DNA of 64,000 bases from contig QPMI01000641.1 of NCBI GenBank assembly GCA_004431415.1, positions 1 to 64,000 of the forward strand, read 5' to 3'. The notes beneath the pieces were generated by a model that did not search any database, had not been told where the DNA came from, and saw only the letters and a list, made by a program, of their open reading frames with translations. The position numbers and the translations under genes were made by a program. The DNA is from Cyanophora paradoxa CCMP329. Its lineage: Eukaryota > Plantae > Glaucophyta. How positions within the stretch are numbered: position 1 is the stretch's first letter; every line of letters starts with the position of its first letter. This document shows positions 20,903 to 28,546 of this stretch, in pieces.

Positions 20903-21931
20903 CGATAGGGTGGGCGGGTGGGGTGAGGTGGGGCATTTTTTGAATTCCCTAAAATGTTTCACTCCCAAAAATTCTTGGTCAAAAAAGACCCCACCCAACC
21001 CCACTTACCCCACCCTGTATTATTCTCTTTATCTATGATTGATTTCAATGTAATTTAAATATAAATATGTATGATTGAGTATGTTAAATTAATACTGGAT
21101 GGGGTGTGAGGGTGGGGTGTGAGTGGTATCGGTATGGTAGTCCAATCTAAGATGGCACACATAAAATCATGATGTGTTATTTTTACTTCCGGTTTGATAC
21201 TTATCGGACTTCGATAACTTCGATAGGGTGGGGCGGGTGGGGTGAGGTGGGGCATTTTTTTGAATTCCCTAAAATAATTCCCCCTCAAAAATTCTTGGTC
21301 AAAAAAGACCCCACCCAACCCCACTTACCCCACCCTGTATCTTTTATTATATTTATGATTGATTTCAATGTAATTAATGTATAAAGTATAGAGATTATGT
21401 ATGTTAAATTAATACCGGGTGGGGTGTGAGGGTGGGGTGTGAAGGTGGTATCTGCCAACGAATTAACAATTACGATATTGAACCGACGTGATACCGACGT
21501 GATACCGACGAGATATGATATATTCAGATCGTATTAGAACGGCGCGATCACTAAGAAAAACAAGTATCATGTGCTGTATATTTCGCGATCCCTGAATCGC
21601 GAATCGATAGGGTGGGGTGAGAAAGTGGGGGCACCACCCTCACTGTATACACTGTGATATGATCGCAATCCCGATGTAGCCTACTATGATATCGTGCGGA
21701 CTTCGATAGGGTGGGGTAAGTGGGGTGAGGTGGGGCATTTTTTTGAATCCCTTAAATTTTTGGGGGTCAAATATTTTTGGGCAAAAAAGACCCCACCCAA
21801 CCCACCCTCCCCACCCTGTATTACTTATCGATACACCTCACTTATTTCAATGTATAAACTCTATTAAATTAGATAGTAAATATGTATAGAAATAACGAGA
21901 TTGTAGTATAGGGTGGGGTGTAGGGTGGGGG
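20903..21931. repeat. Three copies of a G-rich/C-rich imperfect inverted-repeat module (20903-21020, 21221-21340, 21704-21821), each followed ~80-90 bp later by a GGGGTGT..GGTGGGG tail
   Basis: CGATAGGGTGGG..GTGGGGTGAGGTGGGGCATTTTTTG ... CAAAAAAGACCCCACCCAACCCCAC..CCCCACCCTGTAT; mirrored in the right TIR. Confidence 0.9.
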
Positions 21932-22174
21932 CAAAATGCAAACTGAATCAGTGCGATATAATTTAGTGAACACAAAGTGGATATGAAGTGGATACGAAGT
22001 GGATACGAAGGGGATAAGTGCGCCCCGCCCACTATGCAAGATACATGCAAACTACATGCGAGTTCTATGAAAACAATAACGATTTAGTCATGTATATATT
22101 TCGTATATATGTCCGCACCTCCGTGTGTGTGATCCCGCACAACTTTGCTTTTTTGTGTTTTTTTTGTTTTTTTC

Positions 22175-22540
22175 TCATATGGCAACATATACATATATAC
22201 TAGCCGGGTCTCGTTTGCGGGATAGGTGCGGCGCATTAATCTGAACGACCTCTTGCCGGCTATACCACTCTTGCAATTTCTTATAATTCTCGTCGGGCAG
22301 CTCTTGCCGTAGCTTAGTGATCCCTTTGAAACCGGTTTGCGGATCGTAGAATTTACGCGCGATTTTCGATTGCTCCGGGACAGCAAGGGCTACGGGCACG
22401 TCGCGGGGCACCAAAGCCTTTAAATCAGACCGCTTTACTATGCGGCTCTCTTTATTCTCTTTCGGCACGGGGATCGGCAATGTGCTCCCCTCTAAATCTT
22501 GCGATCGTCTTACTATGGGCGGTCTTGACATCCTTGTCAT
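22175..22540 (-). pseudogene. N-terminal stub of a Polinton-type (rve/DDE) integrase; catalytic core absent
   Basis: FYDPQTGFKGITKLRQEL...KLQEWYSRQEVVQINAP resembles the YYDP..GF.G..KL....EWL..Q...Q.H.P N-terminus of Polinton integrases. The frame then runs into (TA)n/A-rich DNA and reaches the TIR ~125 bp after the stop. Confidence 0.6.
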
Positions 22541-22603
22541 CAGACAATAAAAAAGATCAATGTAACATTTTACATGCAGGCGACAAGAAAAGGTATTGTT
22601 TGT

Positions 22604-22945
22604 TTACGGTAAATCAGGGCGGAAGATCTTAACAACGATGCTGTTTCTATCGTATGTAAACCACCCATTATGCTTGTCCCACGATGCCCCGTTTTCCTTT
22701 AAGAATTTGCGCAAGGTCGCCCGAGATTTAATAGTTAATCCATGCGCTTCGAATTTAGGATAGGACTGTGAAAGGTCTCTCCGCGGCACATCTAAATAAA
22801 CGCGCCGCATCGCTTCCTGACGTTCACGCTCACGCCTCTTTTCTGACTTCTGAGCCTGAGCATGAATCAGTGCGAATAGAAGATCGCCTGAATTCGCATC
22901 TAATCCAGATTCTTCAAATACTTTAACAGGGTCGATCACTTCCAC
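22604..22945 (-). CDS. Viral hypothetical protein (113 aa)
   Basis: Intronless ORF in the tightly packed minus-strand viral cluster; start uncertain (GTG). Confidence 0.5.
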   Translation of the reverse strand: MEVIDPVKVFEESGLDANSGDLLFALIHAQAQKSEKRRERERQEAMRRVYLDVPRRDLSQSYPKFEAHGLTIKSRATLRKFLKENGASWDKHNGWFTYDRNSIVVKIFRPDLP

Positions 22946-22959
22946 AAAATCGGCAGCAA

Positions 22960-23259
22960 TTACGTTGGGGTCTTCTTCGAATAACTCCTTCTCTCCTCGT
23001 GCGGTATTTCCGGATACGTAAACCAGAAAAAGCGATTGTCGACCATTTTCCCATACATTCTATTAGGGTTTGCAGGAAAATAGCCGATCACGGAGAAAAG
23101 TATGTTTTGAATATCCATCAGACTAACAAGACGGATAATCGTATTCATTTGTTCATCATTCAGACCAAGAAAGGTAGCGAATACAGGGTTGCCTTCTTTT
23201 AGAATGCTCATTATCGATCGGTGGCGCTGACGTTCGTCGCCTTCAATTGCGTTGTCCAT
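22960..23259 (-). CDS. Viral hypothetical protein (99 aa)
   Basis: ATG preceded by the element's conserved motif AAAATATTTTCTCAGCTTAAAGTAAAA and by AAAATTGA at 23351-23358 (minus). Confidence 0.7.
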   Translation of the reverse strand: MDNAIEGDERQRHRSIMSILKEGNPVFATFLGLNDEQMNTIIRLVSLMDIQNILFSVIGYFPANPNRMYGKMVDNRFFWFTYPEIPHEERRSYSKKTPT

Positions 23260-23664
23260 TGTCGCCTTTTACTTTAAGCTGAGAAAATATTTTCCTGTTG
23301 CCTAAATGTAGCGCGTTCTCCTTAAATCATTTTCTGTTGCCCACGGGCTTTCAATTTTTACAGCGATCGTGGTGAGACTCTCACGTTTACTGTCAATAAA
23401 ATCAGTTTACCTGAGCGTTTATTGTCACGATTTTCACAATTGTTGTAAACTTTACAAGTAAACACTGTAAAATGCGCAATAAAAACGTGCAGTAAACAGT
23501 AGAATGGACGCCCCGGTATGGGACGCGCACCCGATCCCTAATTACTTCCTAATTGAACCCGACGACCCCTTTTTACGGTGCATATGGCTTCTCCATATCC
23601 TAAGGCGACAGCTCCTTCAATTAGAGCGCAAACCAAGAAAAAGAACGCACGATAAGATAGACGA

Positions 23665-26600
23665 CTAACAGCCGAATGGAAGGCTATGTATGCCGTCGCC
23701 TGATATGCAGCGCTTGCTATCGAATTGGGTCAGCGCTATCCGCTTGCTCTCCAAATCATATAAGTGGTGGCATCGCCGTTGCTTGTTTACTACTGTTACT
23801 GTTTTTGTGATCCCGTCAAATAGGCAGCGCTTAAAGTCGTCGAAATGCACCTCTTTCGAGGCTGTCCCGCTCATTTTTACCTTGTCGTAGCTCTCGGTGC
23901 GGAAAGCATATAGCTTCGGTCGCAGCCCCACATACTCCACTATCTTGACGTCGGGCATCTCATTTTTATATTTACCGGGAACCATCCGGTTCTCGGGATT
24001 ATAAGGGCAATCTAAATGAGGGCTGATCGCTCGCATGCCCGCTTCCAGATCCGCGGTCTCTATATACAGACAGAACGAGTCGGTATCGTGGAACAGCAGC
24101 TGAGCTTGCGAGAAAGTCGGTCGGATCACGTCGTAAAAGAAGCTATAATTATGGAGCTTCGCGGCATCCAGCACATAAGCGCCAATCGCAACCGGTTTAT
24201 CGAGTTTTACGTGTTTGCTATACATTTCGAATGCGACCGCAGTCTCGTTTAATACATTCGTCGCTTTTACCAGTGGGCTCGCGGCGTATTTCTTAAACAG
24301 CTTCGTGCTATTCGCGATCTTTACCACTGAGCGCCCTCGACACGATTCCAGGCATTTACCGTAAATAGCATTGTTCATTAATTTAAAGAAGTCGCTCTCG
24401 AATTTATTCCGGGCTTCCTTTCGCAGTTTCGTGTTTAGATCTATATAGGGCTTCATAAATGCAGCGGTTGCAAACGAGAGCACACGGTGGATCTTAGTAA
24501 CTACGATCCCCTTTTTTACCATATAGAGCAGCATCGGCTGAGAAACGACGTAATTATATTTCGGGGTAAATGAGGCGATCAGCTTCGGATCTTTACTGAG
24601 CTTCTCGCCGCTAATCTCCAAAAGCCCACGCTGATATTTGCCGAGCATGTCCGCAGTAATTACCTCTTTACTCACAATTAAAGGGAAATCGCGATGGTCA
24701 GCCTTTAAATAGTCCGGATAGGCAAGGTCGACCTCTATAAATGCACTCCGCCCTACAACCTCGGTAAAAGCCGTGCTTGTGTCGTCCCAGCGATAGTCCC
24801 CGACCGGTAAAGGCTGACTGAGCGCATAGCCATACAGATTATTCGCATCCAATAGCACTATATGTTTATCCTCGCTATTAGCCTCGGCATATCGTGTGGG
24901 CATGGTCGCAAAGCCGCCCCTAATTGCCCGCTCAATAAATTCGTATTGATCCGCATCGCTGATCTGTTCTATCGCGACCCTCGTATGCTTTAACATCGCG
25001 TCCCACGATAGTCCCGGTGCGCTCACATAATGCGTGGGATCCAGTCCGTATTGCTCATGGGCGAGCATGCTGAATTTACCGAATTTTACCATGAGATCAT
25101 TAACATCGGACGCCTGAAAATCCATGAAATTCGAGGCGTCTATAAACTTGTAAAGTCCCCACTGTAAAGAGAGATACTCGTCGAAATTCTTACTCAGGAT
25201 CTCGACCCGCAGCTTATCGTCTTGCTGTGCGATTTTCCTGAATATAGCATGCCCGCACTCGTCCATCCGATCAATGACCACGGCTACTTTCGTTTGCTTT
25301 GAGATCCGCCTATGTAAATTGCATTTTCGGCAAGCTTTCCCTATATAATCGCCGCTTTGGTGACAGTGATCGCGCACAGGGAAGTTTTCGTGGGTAAACC
25401 GCTGATTGCATATATAGCAGTGCTTGGTGAGCTTATAGGCTTGCTTTTGCGCCTCTGTGAGCGGGATCATAGGCGTGTTGGTAAATAGGGTATTAAGCAT
25501 CTCGCGACACAGATCCCCTAACGTGGTAAACATCTGTCCCAGCGGATCCACGCCCTCGAATTCGTGATTTTCAACATGAGAGCCCATAACAACATTAAGT
25601 GCCACCGACTTTACCTCTCGCTTGGTTCGATTTGGTTCATTAGGAACCGGCACCGACTCCATCTCTACCTTGCAGTAGCAGACAGTAGGAAGCCACACCA
25701 TTTTCCTTAGGTGTTGCAGTCCGAAAGTAATAAAGCTTCCGGGCTCCGGGCATTTACCTTTACTCAGCCGCCAATCGATACAGCGATTAGAGTCGGTGTG
25801 GCTATCGAGTTTCTCCTGTGATCTAAACCGGGACAAACAGGTTTCGCAGTAGAAAATGCGCCCGTCGTTTGCTTTATCAAAGGTGGTCTTTAATAGGCGG
25901 CTCAGTGACATAATCGTAATATAGTGACCCTGTCCGTTTGCGTCCTCGATCAGCAGCAGGTTTACCTTCGATTTACGACGCGGATTACTTGACATGTGCA
26001 GTGGGTAAAAGGTTTGGGTCGCATTGTCGGCGCCATATATATTAATCGACAGCTCGGGATTATTATCCTCGAAACGATCTATTAATGCAGCATCGCAAGC
26101 CACCGGGAAATTAATGCCTGAGAAGTCCAGCTCAGTCATCCACCGCCTATATTGGAACGGATCGTTACGTTTGTGTCTGTTTATGTCGTTTCTGTGCAGC
26201 CATGCGAGAATAGCGTAATTAAAACAGTCGTGACCATCGATATTCTTAATATTTACTGTGGCTCGCTTTAATCCAATCCATTCGGGGGTCTCAATGTAGC
26301 AGCCGCCCATCGGCGCATACGACAAAACGGCGACATGTAGCTTATCTAATTTACTTAGCCGGTAGCTGTCGACCTGTATCATCTGTTCATTCATTTGCTG
26401 AGCTACACCCACTAACTCAGTGAGAATATTGCGCGACCTTGTGATTACGAAATAATCGCTGTAAATGTGTTTGGTGATAAAAACGTTAGGATCACTCACT
26501 TTTACGTATCGGCAGATGAAAGTAAGTCGCACCTTAATAGCTTTAAGCTCGTCCAGCCGTTCTTTCAGCCGCCCAGGCAGATTTGCAGCGATGGTAGTGA

Positions 26601-26928
26601 GAAATTCCACCGGATCTAAGATTATCTGTTCATCCGCCTTATAGCTATACCAGGCGTATGCTTTATTCATTGCAAAACCGTCTTCCTCATCGGGTTCTAT
26701 GACGGCTAAGCGCCGCCCTTCGGTATAGAAGCGCTCCACATTTTCCAGGCGATTGTAGAGCTCGTCGGCAATATTCGCAAGGTTAGCTAAGCGGGGTTTT
26801 CGATCTAAGATCGCCGCCCTCCGATCGTATTCGGCTTCGGTGATCTCCCCAGTGACTAAAAGACTACCTAACAAGCCTAATATTTCGTCTTTTTTCTCTT
26901 TTATAAGGCGATTAGTTTGGCGGGGCAT
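23665..26928 (-). CDS. pPolB: Protein-primed family B DNA polymerase (Polinton type, with endonuclease VII-like Zn insert); exonuclease motifs degenerate
   Basis: VNIKN..DCFNYAILA, FSGINFPV, CYIC...VRDHCH..G...CNL, YGLDPTHYVSAPGLSWDAMLK, DANNLYG (motif A), KLMNNAIYGK (motif B), HDTDS (motif C), GLRPKLY. Confidence 0.95.
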   Translation of the reverse strand: MPRQTNRLIKEKKDEILGLLGSLLVTGEITEAEYDRRAAILDRKPRLANLANIADELYNRLENVERFYTEGRRLAVIEPDEEDGFAMNKAYAWYSYKADEQIILDPVEFLTTIAANLPGRLKERLDELKAIKVRLTFICRYVKVSDPNVFITKHIYSDYFVITRSRNILTELVGVAQQMNEQMIQVDSYRLSKLDKLHVAVLSYAPMGGCYIETPEWIGLKRATVNIKNIDGHDCFNYAILAWLHRNDINRHKRNDPFQYRRWMTELDFSGINFPVACDAALIDRFEDNNPELSINIYGADNATQTFYPLHMSSNPRRKSKVNLLLIEDANGQGHYITIMSLSRLLKTTFDKANDGRIFYCETCLSRFRSQEKLDSHTDSNRCIDWRLSKGKCPEPGSFITFGLQHLRKMVWLPTVCYCKVEMESVPVPNEPNRTKREVKSVALNVVMGSHVENHEFEGVDPLGQMFTTLGDLCREMLNTLFTNTPMIPLTEAQKQAYKLTKHCYICNQRFTHENFPVRDHCHQSGDYIGKACRKCNLHRRISKQTKVAVVIDRMDECGHAIFRKIAQQDDKLRVEILSKNFDEYLSLQWGLYKFIDASNFMDFQASDVNDLMVKFGKFSMLAHEQYGLDPTHYVSAPGLSWDAMLKHTRVAIEQISDADQYEFIERAIRGGFATMPTRYAEANSEDKHIVLLDANNLYGYALSQPLPVGDYRWDDTSTAFTEVVGRSAFIEVDLAYPDYLKADHRDFPLIVSKEVITADMLGKYQRGLLEISGEKLSKDPKLIASFTPKYNYVVSQPMLLYMVKKGIVVTKIHRVLSFATAAFMKPYIDLNTKLRKEARNKFESDFFKLMNNAIYGKCLESCRGRSVVKIANSTKLFKKYAASPLVKATNVLNETAVAFEMYSKHVKLDKPVAIGAYVLDAAKLHNYSFFYDVIRPTFSQAQLLFHDTDSFCLYIETADLEAGMRAISPHLDCPYNPENRMVPGKYKNEMPDVKIVEYVGLRPKLYAFRTESYDKVKMSGTASKEVHFDDFKRCLFDGITKTVTVVNKQRRCHHLYDLESKRIALTQFDSKRCISGDGIHSLPFGC

Positions 26929-26970
26929 CTTTTACTTTAAGGGAACATTTTAATTTCGGGAAAGGACGCG

Positions 26971-27324
26971 TTACATTCGCATAAACTGAATCCAACTTAC
27001 CGGATTCGAAATGTCGACATCAAATGAGGATGCTCCCCTTCTCTGAAAATTATAGCAGAATTCACAATGAAAACCTTGTGATATTGGTATGAGTTTTTCC
27101 GTATCTCCACAGATCATACAACAGTTGCCCGTTCCTGTTCGTTTATACATTGATTGGGCTATGGCTTGTTGGAATGGTGTTAATTTCAACTCGCCAACAT
27201 TTGCATCTATCATAGATACAACCGGGCGCCCACTTGTTGCGCCAACTATCGTGCTACGCTGACGTTTGCTTTTGCTTTTCTTACCCATTGTTATAACTAT
27301 TTTTAGAGGCTCTTTTAAAATCAC
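26971..27324 (-). CDS. Small viral Zn-ribbon protein (probable start at MGKKSKSK, ~27288)
   Basis: CMICGD...CEFC; basic N-terminus; AAAATTGA at 27326-27333 (minus) upstream. Confidence 0.65.
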   Translation of the reverse strand: MILKEPLKIVITMGKKSKSKRQRSTIVGATSGRPVVSMIDANVGELKLTPFQQAIAQSMYKRTGTGNCCMICGDTEKLIPISQGFHCEFCYNFQRRGASSFDVDISNPVSWIQFMRM

Positions 27325-27434
27325 ATCAATTTTTGCATCGGGAGTGATTCATCCGATGCCGAATGTCGGAAATCATTTAAAGAGAACTCAAAAAATGACA
27401 TGAAAAACGTTTTCCGTCTGTTATTGTAAAGAGC

Positions 27435-28289
27435 ATGGCGGCGAAACCGATGTCATATTTGGAGCGCTTAAAGGAAGCCTTGCGCGACCTGTGTGGCTCT
27501 GATGATTTCCATGACTATGTAAGCTTAGGAAGTAACAAAAACCTTGGGTTGCTCTCAACCAAACTGAAAAAATACGATTTAGACCTACATCATCTCCCTC
27601 GGGATTCCCCTACATGTGCATGCACGCATGATATAGTGGAGCAGTGTTATATATTGCATGTCGCCAAAAAGATCCCTGTTGTGGTCGGAAATTGCTGTAT
27701 AAAACGCTTTATTCCCAAAGAGTTCCGCTGTGATGTCTGTAAGCACTGTGGGGATCGTCACAGGAACCGCAAAGACAACTACTGTAAGAAATGTCGCCCA
27801 CTCATTGCACGTCAGAGGTGGATCGAAGAACAGCATGAACGACTGAAAGAAGAAGAAGCGGAGAGAGAGCAAAGAGCAGAACGCATAAGGTTGTTTGAGG
27901 AACACCAGAGGTTGTTTGAGGAACACCAAAGGCGCCTCAGGGACGAAAAATGGCTTGAACGCTTTCAGAAAGAAATGAATTTAAGAGAGTTCGCGATGTG
28001 GGCAACAGACTTCATTGAATCCATGGAAGAAAGCCGTGAGGAAGATATTGAGAAGTTCAGAGCTGATAGAAAGAAATTCGTCGACAGGTTAGCCAAATGC
28101 AGCTCAATCGATGGGGTTCAGGTTACCATAGGTTTTCGAGTCCCATTGAACAGGAAGGATATACCAAAATCCCTCAATTGCAATAGGGTTAGGGTTTTCA
28201 CATGGGAAACGTCTAATGTCGAGCAAACTATTGAACTACTCAAAAAACACTTCACGATGGATTATATAAACATAACCGTAGAAACGTAA
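27435..28289 (+). CDS. Viral Cys/His-rich Zn-binding protein with a coiled coil
   Basis: CACTH...VGNCCIKRF...CKHCG.RHRNRKDNYCKKC, a pattern reminiscent of NCLDV/PLV hypothetical proteins; E/R-rich helix. Confidence 0.8.
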   Translation: MAAKPMSYLERLKEALRDLCGSDDFHDYVSLGSNKNLGLLSTKLKKYDLDLHHLPRDSPTCACTHDIVEQCYILHVAKKIPVVVGNCCIKRFIPKEFRCDVCKHCGDRHRNRKDNYCKKCRPLIARQRWIEEQHERLKEEEAEREQRAERIRLFEEHQRLFEEHQRRLRDEKWLERFQKEMNLREFAMWATDFIESMEESREEDIEKFRADRKKFVDRLAKCSSIDGVQVTIGFRVPLNRKDIPKSLNCNRVRVFTWETSNVEQTIELLKKHFTMDYINITVET

Positions 28290-28330
28290 GCCGATTGTAT
28301 ACGTGGTAAATAGCTGACTTTTTTGTTTTT

Positions 28331-28546
28331 CGATAGGGTGGGGAGGGTGGGGTGAGGTGGGGCATTTTTTGAGTTCCAATAAAAAATTCTCCCACCCAAA
28401 AATTTTGGGCAAAAAAGACCCCACCCAACCCCACCCTCCCCACCCTGTATTAAGAACTATACTTTACACTGAATTCAATGTGTTTTAAGTTATAAAAATA
28501 AGATATATCAATGTTAGAATGAAACCAGGTGGGGTGTAGGGTGGGG
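28331..28546. repeat. Internal (seventh) copy of the TIR G/C module, between convergent genes
   Basis: CGATAGGGTGGGGAGGGTGGGGTGAGGTGGGGCATTTTTTG...GCAAAAAAGACCCCACCCAACCCCACCCTCCCCACCCTGTAT plus the GGTGGGGTGTAGGGTGGGG tail, which abuts the primase-helicase stop codon. Confidence 0.9.

Larger units (their letters stand above)
20574..22048 (+). repeat. Left terminal inverted repeat (1475 bp)
   Basis: Reverse complement of 45233-46711; the only differences found are four single-base homopolymer length differences. Confidence 0.95.

Noticed and set aside
20903-21931. CRISPR-like array
   Set aside because: The repeats are ~118 bp with related, unevenly sized spacers; no cas genes; eukaryotic context.
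20850-22050. Short ORFs in the TIRs (and their mirror copies at 45185-46473)
   Set aside because: They are translations of the G/C repeat modules with no protein-like features.
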